A stretch of DNA of 64,000 nucleotides, from positions 2,415 through 66,414 of the forward strand of contig JAAELT010000170.1 in the NCBI GenBank assembly GCA_024226315.1, given 5' to 3'. Positions 46,741 to 56,741 of this stretch are shown here, piece after piece. Source of the DNA: a bacterium. Its GTDB lineage: Bacteria; Acidobacteriota; Thermoanaerobaculia; Multivoradales; J023. The notes under the pieces are model-generated. The model searched no databases, was not told the origin of the DNA, and saw nothing but the letters and a program-made list of their open reading frames with translations. The position numbers and the translations under genes were made by a program. Within the stretch, counting starts at the first letter, position 1. The number at the start of each line of letters is the position of its first letter.

Positions 46741-47517
46741 TCACGTGTTCGAATCTGTTTCCTCGGCAAGCTCCGCCAGACCTTCGTCCACTTGCGTGAC
46801 GTGGAACACCTCGTTCGCCGCGTCGTAGTGGCAGACCAGGGCCTTGGAGCCGCGCTTCAGCTCGTTCGCCTCGGTGCAGCGGGCCTGGATCAGGATTGCC
46901 GCGCCCTTGTCCACGACCTCCGCCTGGCCGAACCTCTCGTCGATCCGCAGGGTGGTGACCGTGCAGATCCGCCCCACCAGATCCTGGCGCCCGGTCACCG
47001 GCGCCAGCCGGAAGACCTGTTTGAGCGGTCTGAGCGCCACGGCGGTCGTCGCCAGCGACAGCACCACGGCACAGGCGCCGACCAGGGCGACGGCCAAGGC
47101 GCCCTGCACGATGCCTGCGGCGAGTTTCACCCCGCCCATGGAGAAGGCCCAGGAGAAGAAGACCAGCACGCTGCCGATGACGGTGAACGGCACGCCGGCC
47201 AGCCCCAGGCAACCCTGGTGCTCGCCGATCGCTTCGCCGGCGCCCTCCCCAGCACCGTCTGCCAGGGACACGTCCGCCAGGCCGTCGGCCGCGCCCGACA
47301 GGGCTTCGGCCGCACCCTCCGCCAGGCCCTCGGCCGCGCCTTCGACACCGGCCACCGCCCCCTCGGCCAGGGCGTCCGCGGATTCGAACAGCCCGTCCAG
47401 GATCCCCAGATCCATGACTCCGAGAATCACCGTCAGCCAGTAGAAGATCACCAGGATCAGCAGGACACTGAAGACCGTGGTCGGCATGGTGAATGCCGCT
47501 TCGAAGAAACCGCTCAT
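46741..47517 (-). CDS. NfeD/YqiJ-like membrane protein (flotillin partner)
   Basis: It has N-terminal TM helices, an Ala/Gly/Glu-rich linker and a C-terminal OB-fold-like segment (GRICTVTTLRIDERFGQAEV...ALVCHYDAANEVFHV). Its position immediately upstream of the flotillin gene matches the yqiJ-yqiK arrangement. Confidence 0.65.
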   Translation of the reverse strand: MSGFFEAAFTMPTTVFSVLLILVIFYWLTVILGVMDLGILDGLFESADALAEGAVAGVEGAAEGLAEGAAEALSGAADGLADVSLADGAGEGAGEAIGEHQGCLGLAGVPFTVIGSVLVFFSWAFSMGGVKLAAGIVQGALAVALVGACAVVLSLATTAVALRPLKQVFRLAPVTGRQDLVGRICTVTTLRIDERFGQAEVVDKGAAILIQARCTEANELKRGSKALVCHYDAANEVFHVTQVDEGLAELAEETDSNT

Positions 47518-47612
47518 GACACAACCTCGGCGCGGGCGAACGACTGAGACATGTCTCGAAGTACGACCCGGCGCGAGGCGTTATTCATCAGGCTCTCCTC
47601 GTCTTTGCCCGC

Positions 47613-49928
47613 TCAGTAACCCCAGGACGGCCACAAGGCCTCGGTGCCGGTGATCTTGCCGAGGCCTTCGGTGTACAGCCGGACCGTCTCGACCAGGCCG
47701 GGCGAGATGAGATGCCGCCCATGCGTACCTACCCGGAACAGGTGCTTCCAGGTCTCGCGGGTACCGAGTTGAAGCTTGCGGCCGCGAACCTCGCGCGACA
47801 GGCGCGTCAGGCGCAGCTGCAATGCGATCGTGCCGCAGGTGGTGAAGTAGGAGCCCGCCGGCAGGGACTCGAGCCAGGCCACGAGCTCCTCGCGGCTGGA
47901 GCACGCTTGCACCCGCTCGCGCAATCCAGGTCCCGGTCCCTTGGCGGCGCTGCCGATCGCCAGCGGCCGCAGGTCGACGAAGCCGTTGTTGGCAATCACC
48001 CAATCGCGCGCCACCTCGAAGGGCAGACCGTGCTCTTCCGCCAGGCTCCGCCACGCGCGGTGTACGTCGCCCGTGGCGGCGATCCCTGTTTCCAATGGTG
48101 CCACATAGGGTCCGACCAGCATCCGGTCGTCACCGCCCACCGGGTCGCGATAGATGATCGGGATGCCGAGCGAGGTGACGGTCTGGAGGTAGCGGCCGAT
48201 GCGGGTGGCGAGGCGCGCCAGGAACCGCTCGCGGCCCGGCTGCCGCCGGCCCTGATGACGCGGGTCGTATCCCAGGAAACGCCCCGCCGACTCCATCGAG
48301 TCGATCTCGCAGAGCTGGCCGAAGAGCGACGCCAGCCGGACGGCGTCCAGGCCCTCGAGATCCTCGAAGCACGGGATGCGGGTATGGCTCCAGAAGAAGT
48401 CGTCGAGGTCGGAGAGCCCCTGGACCAGATCGTCCTCGGAGATGTCCGCGAACTTCTCGCCCAGCTCCAGCAGGCGCAGCACCAGCAGCAGCAGCCCCAA
48501 CTCGTGCATGCGCGCCTGGTGGGTGGCCGATCCCAGCGCCTGGTAGGCCTGCACGGCGAACACGCCGTGATGGGCGCGGATCAACTGCGGGTAGCTGTCG
48601 AGCAGCTTGAGGGCGAAATGCGAGTTCTCGGTCTGGGTGTAGTAGGAGAACTTGTCCTGAAACCAGTCTCGGCGGCGTTCGGGGCCGAACACGGCGTGGC
48701 GGACCAGGACCATCGCCAGCTCCTCGGGAATCGCCACCTTCATGACGTGGTAGAGGGCGACGCAGTTGCCGACCGAGAAGATGCCGTTTTCCCCCGAACG
48801 GATCGCGGCGTCGACGATCAGCTCCTTGCCGCCGCCGAACTGGAGGGGCTCGCCGGCGAGCGGCTCGCGGGCGAGGGACTCGCCATCTCCTTCCGAAGCG
48901 GCCAGGGGCAGACTGTGGCTCGGATAGAGCAGGATGTGCGCGCTCTCGAGATCGCCTGCAGGGACCGGCGGCGACTCCGCGGTCGCGAAGCGCGCCGCGA
49001 GTGCCCTGTTCACGGCCCGATCGAGCGGCACCCGCTCGCGCAGCTCGACGGCGTCGATACCGATAGCCGCGGCGGCCTCGAGCACGTCGAAACCGTGGTC
49101 GAGATAGAGCTGAGTGAGCTCCTCGGCGAAGTATTTCTTGTCGACCAGCTTGTTGCCGAGCGCGCTGTGGGCGAACCCGAGACGGATCTCGGGCTTACCG
49201 CCGTCGACCCTGTACATACCGCCGACGGCGGTGGTGTGAGCAATCACCACGTGGCGAGCGTGACGCTGTTGGATGACAGCCAGCCCGCCGATGAAAGTCC
49301 TCAGATAGCTCTTCTTGACCCGCTGCTGCGCGGCATGGTCAATACCGCGTTCGGTGAGCAGCCGATCGATGGCACCGAGAGTGTAGGTGGCGACCGAGGG
49401 CAGCGGGATGGCGACCAGCACCGCGTGCAGGAGATCGGTGTCGAGGTCCTCCACGAAGCGCTGGAACGGACACTCCTGGGCCGCGAAATACTCGCCAAGC
49501 GCTCTCTCCAGGTCGGCTTTGGACCCCGACTCGACTCGTTCCGAATCGAGGCGCTGCTCGAGGTCGCGCGGGACCTGGAGCTGCAGCAGGGCGAACTTGA
49601 GGTCGATCCGGCCGTCGAGCCGGTAGTGGCGCCGGGGCTCGATCTTCTCGATCTCGACCTCGTCACCCAGGGCAAGGTAGAGGCGGCGGGCGAACTGCGA
49701 GACGTCCTTGTCCGCCATGCCGGTGGCGTAGATTTCGCCACGCAGCGGCGGCTGCCGAAGGGTCTTCGACATCAGGATCATGCGGCACAGCTCGAGCACC
49801 GAGGCGCCGCCGACCGCGCCCGTGCCGCCGAACACGACGAAGCGGATCGGCTCCTTGCCGCCGCCCGGCAGCAGGCGGTTGGCGAGCAGATGCTCCAGGG
49901 ATTCGAATTCGTGGTAGAGGGTCCGCAT
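47613..49928 (-). CDS. hypothetical 771-aa protein with N-terminal Rossmann-type GxTGxxG motif
   Basis: It begins IRFVVFGGTGAVGGASVLEL, a dinucleotide-binding-like motif. I recognise no other domain. It has good GC3 bias and is co-directional with the NfeD/flotillin/giant-ATPase genes, 95 bp upstream of NfeD. Confidence 0.55.
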   Translation of the reverse strand: MRTLYHEFESLEHLLANRLLPGGGKEPIRFVVFGGTGAVGGASVLELCRMILMSKTLRQPPLRGEIYATGMADKDVSQFARRLYLALGDEVEIEKIEPRRHYRLDGRIDLKFALLQLQVPRDLEQRLDSERVESGSKADLERALGEYFAAQECPFQRFVEDLDTDLLHAVLVAIPLPSVATYTLGAIDRLLTERGIDHAAQQRVKKSYLRTFIGGLAVIQQRHARHVVIAHTTAVGGMYRVDGGKPEIRLGFAHSALGNKLVDKKYFAEELTQLYLDHGFDVLEAAAAIGIDAVELRERVPLDRAVNRALAARFATAESPPVPAGDLESAHILLYPSHSLPLAASEGDGESLAREPLAGEPLQFGGGKELIVDAAIRSGENGIFSVGNCVALYHVMKVAIPEELAMVLVRHAVFGPERRRDWFQDKFSYYTQTENSHFALKLLDSYPQLIRAHHGVFAVQAYQALGSATHQARMHELGLLLLVLRLLELGEKFADISEDDLVQGLSDLDDFFWSHTRIPCFEDLEGLDAVRLASLFGQLCEIDSMESAGRFLGYDPRHQGRRQPGRERFLARLATRIGRYLQTVTSLGIPIIYRDPVGGDDRMLVGPYVAPLETGIAATGDVHRAWRSLAEEHGLPFEVARDWVIANNGFVDLRPLAIGSAAKGPGPGLRERVQACSSREELVAWLESLPAGSYFTTCGTIALQLRLTRLSREVRGRKLQLGTRETWKHLFRVGTHGRHLISPGLVETVRLYTEGLGKITGTEALWPSWGY

Positions 49929-50073
49929 GATGATGGCGGGGGTCGTGATTCAAGGGTAGAGCATCTTCGAGGGCGGAACATCATAGTGTATCTCCAGACC
50001 GGGTGTCCGGCTCGTTACAATCTGTGACAGCCCAGACAAAATTGGGAGACGACGGCCCGCTAGGGTCCCCGGC

Positions 50074-52005
50074 ATGAAGAACCTCATTGCAAGAGCGGCT
50101 CTCACGGCCGCATGTCTGTTTTTCCCCATGCTCGCCGCCGCCCACGGCGGTGGCGAGCACGGCGACGGCAAGATCGTCGTCAATTCCGTGCATCCCGGTA
50201 GTCCGGCCGAGGCGGCCGGACTCGAGGCCGACGACCTGTTCGTGCGACTCGATGGGCAGGAGATCGCAACCAACGAGGATCTGAGGCGGGTCATGGCGGC
50301 CCACCGGCCCGGCGACACGGTGCCCCTCACCGTCGAGCGGAAGGGCGAAACGATCGAGCTGGCCCTGACGTTCGGGGAGCGTCCCGAAGGAGGCGTCTCG
50401 ATCGGCGTGTCGCTCGCCATCATGAGCGCTAACGTCCCCGACCTGGCTCCGGGCGAGGGGTTGACCCGGGACGAGTGTCTCACGTGGGTAGACGAGACCT
50501 ACCAGATCGATCCCATGATTCGTGACCTGGGACTCGAGCTGTCAGACGATGCCGGAACGCTCCACGCCTGCCTGAAGGACAACGTGCAGGCAATGCCCTC
50601 GCCGATGCCGACCGGGTGGTGCGACAATGCATTCAAGATCCACTGCTCGGGTCTCGACCTGCTCACCGAGATAGGCGAGACGCTGGTGGAGCGGTGCGGA
50701 AAGCTACTCGGCCAGCCGCTCGGCTCGTGCGCCGCCCAGAAGGTGTTCGACAGCTACTCCCGGGACGGCGAGGCGAGCGACGAGGCAGCCTGTCGCGCCG
50801 CCCGTGATTCCTGCTCCGAGGCCACCTGGACGCAGTTCGGCGGCCCCGGGCAGGACTTCAGGGCCCCGGCCCGCGACCTGGCCGAGAGCTGGCCCGAGGC
50901 CGGGCCCGCGAAGCTGTGGAGCCGCGACCTGGGCGACGGGTACTCGGCGATCCTCTACCGGGACGGCCGTCTCTATACGATGCACCGCGCCGATGACGGC
51001 ACCGGTGAGCGCGAGTCGGTGATCTGTCTCGACGCCGGGAGCGGCGAGACGGTCTGGGAAGAGCGTTACGAGGCGAGCTACGAGGGGCTCCGAGGATACG
51101 GGATCGGACCGCGCTCGACGCCGGTGATCGCCGGTGACCTCCTCTTCGCCGTCGGCGTGACCGGCAAGATGCACGCGCTCGAAGCCAAAGGCGGGACGGT
51201 TCTCTGGAGTCGGGAACTGTGGGGCGAGGAATTCGGGGGCAACCGCCCGGGGCACGGCTACTCCTCGAGCCCGGTGGCCTGGGAAGACACAGTAATCGTG
51301 TCCGTCGGCGGCAAGAACGCCAGCCTGGTGGCCTTCGAACAGAAGACCGGCAAGGTACGGTGGCGAGCTCACTCCTTCAAGAACAGCTACTCCTCCCCGC
51401 GCATCGCACGGATCGCCGGCCAGCCACAGCTGCTGGCGTTCATGGGCGACGAGCTGATCGGCGTCGACCCGGATACCGGCGCGCTGCTGTGGCGCTACCC
51501 GCACAGCAACCAGTGGCACCAGAACATCGCCATGCCGCTGGCCAATGGCGGGGTCGACGGAGACATGATCTTCATCTCCTCACCCCAGGCCGGCGCCAAA
51601 GGGCTACGGTTGTCCCGCGACGACGAGACGATCCGAGTCGAGGAAGCGTGGCATACGCGCCGGATCCAGCTGTACCACGGTTCGGCGGTGTCGAGCGGCG
51701 ATTGGGTCTACGGCTCCACCGGGGTCACGGCGCCGGCTTTCATGGCCGCCGTCAACGTCCGGACCGGTGAGATCGGCTGGCGCCAGCGCGGCTTTGCCAA
51801 GGCCAATGTCGTTCTGGCAGACGGCAAGCTCGTCATCCTCGACGAGGAGGGCGTCCTCTACCTCGCCACCGCGACGCCCGAAGCGCTGGTCGTGCACGCC
51901 AGGACCCAACTGCTGGACCGGGTGGCCTGGACGGCGCCGACGATCGTCGGCCAGACCCTGTACGTGCGGGACCGAAACCAGATCCTGGCCGTCGACCTCG
52001 GGTAA
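50074..52005 (+). CDS. secreted PDZ domain / PQQ-like beta-propeller repeat protein
   Basis: It has a signal peptide (MKNLIARAALTAACLFFPMLAAA), a PDZ-like region (VVNSVHPGSPAEAAGLEADDLFVRLDGQEIAT) and C-terminal PQQ/BamB-like repeats (LWSRDLGDGYSA, TVLWSRELWGEEF, ALLWRYPHSNQW). Confidence 0.75.
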   Translation: MKNLIARAALTAACLFFPMLAAAHGGGEHGDGKIVVNSVHPGSPAEAAGLEADDLFVRLDGQEIATNEDLRRVMAAHRPGDTVPLTVERKGETIELALTFGERPEGGVSIGVSLAIMSANVPDLAPGEGLTRDECLTWVDETYQIDPMIRDLGLELSDDAGTLHACLKDNVQAMPSPMPTGWCDNAFKIHCSGLDLLTEIGETLVERCGKLLGQPLGSCAAQKVFDSYSRDGEASDEAACRAARDSCSEATWTQFGGPGQDFRAPARDLAESWPEAGPAKLWSRDLGDGYSAILYRDGRLYTMHRADDGTGERESVICLDAGSGETVWEERYEASYEGLRGYGIGPRSTPVIAGDLLFAVGVTGKMHALEAKGGTVLWSRELWGEEFGGNRPGHGYSSSPVAWEDTVIVSVGGKNASLVAFEQKTGKVRWRAHSFKNSYSSPRIARIAGQPQLLAFMGDELIGVDPDTGALLWRYPHSNQWHQNIAMPLANGGVDGDMIFISSPQAGAKGLRLSRDDETIRVEEAWHTRRIQLYHGSAVSSGDWVYGSTGVTAPAFMAAVNVRTGEIGWRQRGFAKANVVLADGKLVILDEEGVLYLATATPEALVVHARTQLLDRVAWTAPTIVGQTLYVRDRNQILAVDLG

Positions 52006-52024
52006 CGCTAACCTTGAACGCTCG

Positions 52025-52723
52025 ATGAGCGGCAAGAAGCGGTACCGGCTCCTGATGATCGACGACGACGCGGCACTGGGCGGCCTGCTAGTCGAGTACT
52101 TCGAACGTTTCGGCCACCAGCTGACCACGGCGACCACGGCGGCCGAGGGGCGTCACCTGCTGCGCCGGGAGCCGCCCGACCTGCTCATCCTCGACGTCAT
52201 GCTGCCCGACGCCGACGGCATGGAGCTGTGCCGGGCGATTCGCTCGGACAGCGACATCCCGATCCTGATGTTGACCGCCAGGGGGGACCTGCCCGACCGA
52301 GTCCTGGGTCTGGAGCTCGGCGCCGACGACTACGTGCCCAAGCCGTTCGAGCCCCGTGAGCTTGTCGCCCGGGTGGAGACCTTGATGCGCCGATCGGGCG
52401 AAGCCTCCTCCCGTGGATTGTCCGCCGGCGCCCTCGTGCTCGAGATCGAGACCCGCCGCGTCACCCTGGGCGAGCGCGAGATCGAGCTGACATCGACGGA
52501 GTTCGAGCTGCTGCGCATTCTCATGGACAGCCGCGGGCGGGTGCTCACTCGGGAGGCGCTGCTGCTGAAGTTGCGGGGAATCGACTGCGACGTCTACGAC
52601 CGGTCCGTGGATATGCTGATCAGCCGTCTGCGCAAGAAACTCGCGGACGATTCCCGCTCGCCTCGATTCATCAAGACGATCTGGGGCACCGGCTACCAGT
52701 TCGTGGGAGCCTCCGATGGCTGA
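52025..52723 (+). CDS. OmpR-family response regulator
   Basis: The REC domain is YRLLMIDDDAALG...DLLILDVMLPDADGMELC. The C-terminal winged helix is LTSTEFELLRILMDSRGRVLTRE...WGTGYQF. Confidence 0.85.
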   Translation: MSGKKRYRLLMIDDDAALGGLLVEYFERFGHQLTTATTAAEGRHLLRREPPDLLILDVMLPDADGMELCRAIRSDSDIPILMLTARGDLPDRVLGLELGADDYVPKPFEPRELVARVETLMRRSGEASSRGLSAGALVLEIETRRVTLGEREIELTSTEFELLRILMDSRGRVLTREALLLKLRGIDCDVYDRSVDMLISRLRKKLADDSRSPRFIKTIWGTGYQFVGASDG

Positions 52724-53999
52724 ACGCGGTAGCGTTCGAAGACCGAGCGTCCTCTCGCGCTTCCGGCTGGCCAGCATCGCCGTCATCGTCGGAGTCGGCC
52801 TGGTCGGAGTCGTCTTCTACAGTATGGTCAACAGCTATTTCCTGGGCACGATCATCAGCCGCACCCTGGGCCCCTACACGGATCATCTCGCCGAATACGG
52901 ATTCACCAGCCCCGACCCGGAGATCTGGCGGCGGATGGCGGCGAGGCATCAGGTCACAATCCTGGTGGAGCCCGCTCATGGCGAGCCCACCGCCTTCGAC
53001 GACCTGGGCGAGCCGCTGCCCGTGACCACTCCGGCGCTCGGGGGTCCGATCCAGGCCGTTCGTACCGGTGAGGACGGGACCCGGGTCACCTTCTACTGGA
53101 ACCTGCTGTTTTTTCGCGAGAGCCACCTCCCCTTGCTGGGCGGCCTGGTGCTCATGGTGGTCGCGGTGGTCGGCTCCGCCCTGTGGTTTCTGCAACGACA
53201 GCTGAAACCGCTGATGAAGCTTCACGACGGCGTCGACGCTCTCACGCGAGGGGACTTCGAGGTTCGGGTACCGGTAGTGCGTGACGACGAGATCGGCCGC
53301 GTCGCCGAGGCCTTCAACGTAATGGCGGGCCGGGTCGGCGAGATGATCGACGACCGTGAACGGCTGCTCGCCGACGTCAGCCACGAGCTCCGCTCCCCGA
53401 TCACCCGCATGAAGGTCGCCCTCGAGCTCATGCCAGAGGGCGACAAGCGGGACGCCCTGGCCCGAGATCTGAAGGAGATGGAGAACTTGATCGCCGTGCT
53501 CTTGGAGCGCGAGGCGCTGCGCTCCCGGGCCGGCCGGCTCGACCGCGAGGAAGTCGCGCTGGACGCCCTGGCCGGCGAGGTGGCCGTGGCCTTTGCCGAG
53601 GAGGGGCCAGGCGTCGAGCTCGTTTCCGACAAGGCGGTGAGGATCCACGCAGACCCCGCCATGCTCAAGCTGCTGATCCAGAACCTGGTCGACAACGCGG
53701 TCAAGTTCTCGCGCCCCGACAGCCAGCCGGTAGCGATCACACTGGAGTCCGAAGAGGACCGTGTCGTCCTGCGAGTGGCCGACGACGGCATCGGCATCCC
53801 GGCCGGCAGCGAGGAACGCCTCCTCGAGCCCTTCGTCAAGCTCGACCCGGCCCGCGGCCACGCCGCCGGCTACGGTCTCGGCCTCAACCTCTGCCAGCGC
53901 ATCGTCCAGCTGCACGGCGGCACCATCCGGCTTCTCCCCCGCGAGCCCCGTGGCACAGAGGCGATCGTAACGCTCAACCGCCGACAGCGGGCGGCCTGA
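52716..53999 (+). CDS. sensor histidine kinase (TM - periplasmic - TM - HAMP - HisKA - HATPase_c)
   Basis: The H-box is LLADVSHELRSPITRM, the N-box is LIQNLVDNAVKFS, G1 is DDGIGIP and G2 is GYGLGLNLCQRIV. It overlaps the RR gene by 8 bp. Confidence 0.85.
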   Translation: MAERGSVRRPSVLSRFRLASIAVIVGVGLVGVVFYSMVNSYFLGTIISRTLGPYTDHLAEYGFTSPDPEIWRRMAARHQVTILVEPAHGEPTAFDDLGEPLPVTTPALGGPIQAVRTGEDGTRVTFYWNLLFFRESHLPLLGGLVLMVVAVVGSALWFLQRQLKPLMKLHDGVDALTRGDFEVRVPVVRDDEIGRVAEAFNVMAGRVGEMIDDRERLLADVSHELRSPITRMKVALELMPEGDKRDALARDLKEMENLIAVLLEREALRSRAGRLDREEVALDALAGEVAVAFAEEGPGVELVSDKAVRIHADPAMLKLLIQNLVDNAVKFSRPDSQPVAITLESEEDRVVLRVADDGIGIPAGSEERLLEPFVKLDPARGHAAGYGLGLNLCQRIVQLHGGTIRLLPREPRGTEAIVTLNRRQRAA

Positions 54000-54106
54000 T
54001 GGCCGAGGACGGAGCGCACGCGATCGAGGACGAGCAGGCGGTGTGGGCAGGAGCGAGCTCTAGCACCGCCCGCAGGCCATCAGGACGCCCGCGGCCCGAA
54101 CCTCTA

Positions 54107-55357
54107 CTAAGCCATCACGGTCGGCACCAGCCTGCCGGCGTCCTCCGCCGTCAGGCTGTCGCGCGCCGCCTCGGCGGGCGCGTGCTCCGCCAGGTGGGCC
54201 CGCACCGCGGGTGCGATGCAGGCGGCGATGCGGCGCGCGGTGCGCTCGGCGTCCGCGCGCGGTCTGACCACACGGGTCGTACGATCGATCTCGCAGAGCA
54301 GGTCCTTGCGCACCTCGATACCGAGGCAGCTCAGGCGCTCGCTGCCGAAACGGAAGCCGCGCAGCAGGTCGTCGCGGCAAGCTTCCGCGAATCGCGCGAT
54401 CTCGCCGTAGGCGCGCCGGGCCTCGGCGAACAGCTCCCGTGAATCGCGCGGCGCCGAGCGGTAGCGGTGCAGGTAGCCGCGCAGGCGCTCGGCGGCGGGC
54501 GAGCGCCGGATGACGTCGAGCAGCAGTTGCCAGACGCGCTGATACCCGGGTAGGTCGCGGGTGTGCGGGAACGCCCGCGTGAACTCGCGCCGCAGGTAGC
54601 CGAAGTACAGCCACACCTGGGCACGGATCTCGACCGAGCCCTCGGGCATGATGTAGGGGTAGTTCAGCGCCGTGTGCCAGCCGTCGCTCTCGAGCGCGGC
54701 CAGCGCCCGGTAGGTCAGGAGCTGCTGGCAAGTGGCCTCACACAGCTCCGGCGGAAAGAGCGGATCGAAGATGTAGGGTGGCATCGTCGACTGTAGCTGA
54801 TACTCGAGAGAACGCGTCACCAGGCTGACCTCCGGCCGCCGTGTGCCGCTCTGGTTGTGCGGGTCGTAACTGTGGATCGCGATCGTGACGCGCGGCCTCG
54901 AGAAATATTGTGTGAAGGCCAACGCGGCGCCGTCGTAGTAGCGGGCCAGGATCTCGTGGCGGGCGTCCTCGTCGAACAGATGCTCGAGCGGCGGGAACAG
55001 CGCGTGCCGGCGCAGGTACTCCTCGCCCACCGACGACGTCCCCGGGAACCGCCCGAAGTCCATCACCACGCGGGCCAGGTTGAGCCGCAGGTAGCTGCCG
55101 GTCCCGATCTCACGCGCCAGGTGGCGGGCCACCAGGTTGGCACCCCAATCCCGTTCGCGCAGATGGGCGGTCTCGATCTCGGGGCGCGCCAGCACCTCCT
55201 CGGTGCGCTCACCGAACAGATGCCGTGGGAACTTGTCGCCATCGTGGATGGTGAACACCAGAGCACCGTCCCCGGCGGTGGCGGGCCGGCCGTTGCCGCC
55301 GACCGGCACGTTTTCCATCAGCTCCAGGTGTTCGGTGATTTCAGGCTTGGGATGCAC
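54107..55357 (-). CDS. hypothetical protein, N-formylglutamate amidohydrolase (FGase)-like family
   Basis: ALVFTIHDGDKFP and VTIAIHSYDP resemble FGase motifs, from memory only. I chose the GTG start at 55355-55357, preceded by a GAGGAG SD, over the upstream ATG at 55441. Confidence 0.4.
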   Translation of the reverse strand: MHPKPEITEHLELMENVPVGGNGRPATAGDGALVFTIHDGDKFPRHLFGERTEEVLARPEIETAHLRERDWGANLVARHLAREIGTGSYLRLNLARVVMDFGRFPGTSSVGEEYLRRHALFPPLEHLFDEDARHEILARYYDGAALAFTQYFSRPRVTIAIHSYDPHNQSGTRRPEVSLVTRSLEYQLQSTMPPYIFDPLFPPELCEATCQQLLTYRALAALESDGWHTALNYPYIMPEGSVEIRAQVWLYFGYLRREFTRAFPHTRDLPGYQRVWQLLLDVIRRSPAAERLRGYLHRYRSAPRDSRELFAEARRAYGEIARFAEACRDDLLRGFRFGSERLSCLGIEVRKDLLCEIDRTTRVVRPRADAERTARRIAACIAPAVRAHLAEHAPAEAARDSLTAEDAGRLVPTVMA

Positions 55358-55578
55358 TCGAATCTCCTCACGCTCGGGCGACAGCTGCACGACGATCGGG
55401 CCGCGACACACACTCCGTGCCGCTGACCGCGCGGGCCGCACCCTTCTCTCGGTCTGGAGGCACCGCCGGCCGCCGCTGCGCTACGCCGGCAAGGCGTGGC
55501 GGGAGCTCGGTCGCGGGCACCTCGGGAGTCGAGATTCTACCCGCAGTCGTCCACCGAAGGAAGACCGCGACCACGGCC

Positions 55579-56418
55579 TTAATCCTTTTTTTTAGGCGCC
55601 GTGTTCGCTGGCAGAGACGTCTCCACGGTCTCCTGCTCGAACATCTGCCCGTCCTCGAGCCGGATGGCCGTCAGCCGATTGCCCCAGACGCAGCCGCTGT
55701 CGAGGCCGATCACTCCCGGCTCGATGCGGGAGCCCATCGCCGCCCAGTGTCCGAAGACCACCGTGACGCCCGCGCTGCGGCGGCCCGGTATCTGAAACCA
55801 GGGCAGACAGCCCGTCGGCGCCAGATGCGGAGGCCCCTTGAACTTGCACGGTTCGCCCTCGGTGGTGCAGGTTCGCAGGCCCGCCATGGCCGACAGCGCC
55901 TGCCGGGGCGCGTACCAGCGGTCGCCCGGCGGGATCTCGAGCGAGCGGTCGATCAACGGTCGCCGGCTCTCCGGATCGCGCAGACAGGGCTCGATCTCGC
56001 GCGCCAGACGCTCGGCCTCGCCAGGCGTCCAGTGGGGCAGAAGGCCGGCGTGGACGAGCAGCACGTCACCGCGACGATGCACCAGCTGGCGGCTCGCCAA
56101 CCAGGAGACCAGATCGTCGCGGTCCGGCGCCGCCATCACCTCGTCGAGGGTGTCCTTCTTACGCTTGCGCGCATGACCGTCAGCGAATGCCAGCAGGTGC
56201 AGGTCGTGGTTGCCCAGCACCACCCGCATGCGCTCACCGAGCCGCTCGTCGAGCTCCTTCGCCCAGCGCAAAACCGCCAGCGAGCGCGGCCCCCGGTTGA
56301 CCAGGTCGCCCACCAGCCACAGCCGATCCCGATCGAGGTCGAAACCCAGGCGCGGCCACAGCGCCCGCAGGGTATCGAAACACCCGTGGATGTCGCCGAT
56401 GACATAGGTTGCCCCCAT
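55579..56418 (-). CDS. apaH: symmetrical bis(5'-nucleosyl)-tetraphosphatase ApaH
   Basis: MGATYVIGDIHGCFDTLRAL...LVGDLVNRGPRS...VLGNHD are the calcineurin-like PPP motifs typical of ApaH. The C-terminal lysine run is encoded by an A8 homopolymer. Confidence 0.75.
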   Translation of the reverse strand: MGATYVIGDIHGCFDTLRALWPRLGFDLDRDRLWLVGDLVNRGPRSLAVLRWAKELDERLGERMRVVLGNHDLHLLAFADGHARKRKKDTLDEVMAAPDRDDLVSWLASRQLVHRRGDVLLVHAGLLPHWTPGEAERLAREIEPCLRDPESRRPLIDRSLEIPPGDRWYAPRQALSAMAGLRTCTTEGEPCKFKGPPHLAPTGCLPWFQIPGRRSAGVTVVFGHWAAMGSRIEPGVIGLDSGCVWGNRLTAIRLEDGQMFEQETVETSLPANTAPKKKD

Positions 56419-56444
56419 GCGGGTACCGTACACTACATCGTGAG

Positions 56445-56741
56445 ATGACCGACCCCGAGACAGAGGAGCTCGAGGAGCTCGAGCCGATCGAGCTCGAGAT
56501 CACCGACGTCCTCGACCTCCACCCCTTTCCCCCCCGCGACGTCAAGGAGCTGGTGCTCGAGTACCTCGACCTGGCCTACGAGAAGGGCCTGCGCGAGCTG
56601 CGCATCATCCACGGCAAAGGCACCGGCACGCAGCGCCGGATGGTGCGGGCGATCCTGGAGCGCGACCCGCGCGTGGTCGAGTACGGCGATCCGCCCGGTC
56701 AGTCGGGAGGCTGGGGCGCGACCTGGGTCACTTTGGAATGA
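56445..56741 (+). CDS. Smr domain protein
   Basis: The C-terminus has LRELRIIHGKGTGTQRRMVRAILE, the Smr motif. The N-terminus is acidic. The start is MTDPETEE. Confidence 0.6.
   Translation: MTDPETEELEELEPIELEITDVLDLHPFPPRDVKELVLEYLDLAYEKGLRELRIIHGKGTGTQRRMVRAILERDPRVVEYGDPPGQSGGWGATWVTLE

Noticed and set aside
55585-55600. A8/T8 homopolymer at the apaH 3' end (encoding KKK)
   Set aside because: It is in frame and terminal. It may be slippage-prone, but nothing suggests phase-variable control of a housekeeping gene.
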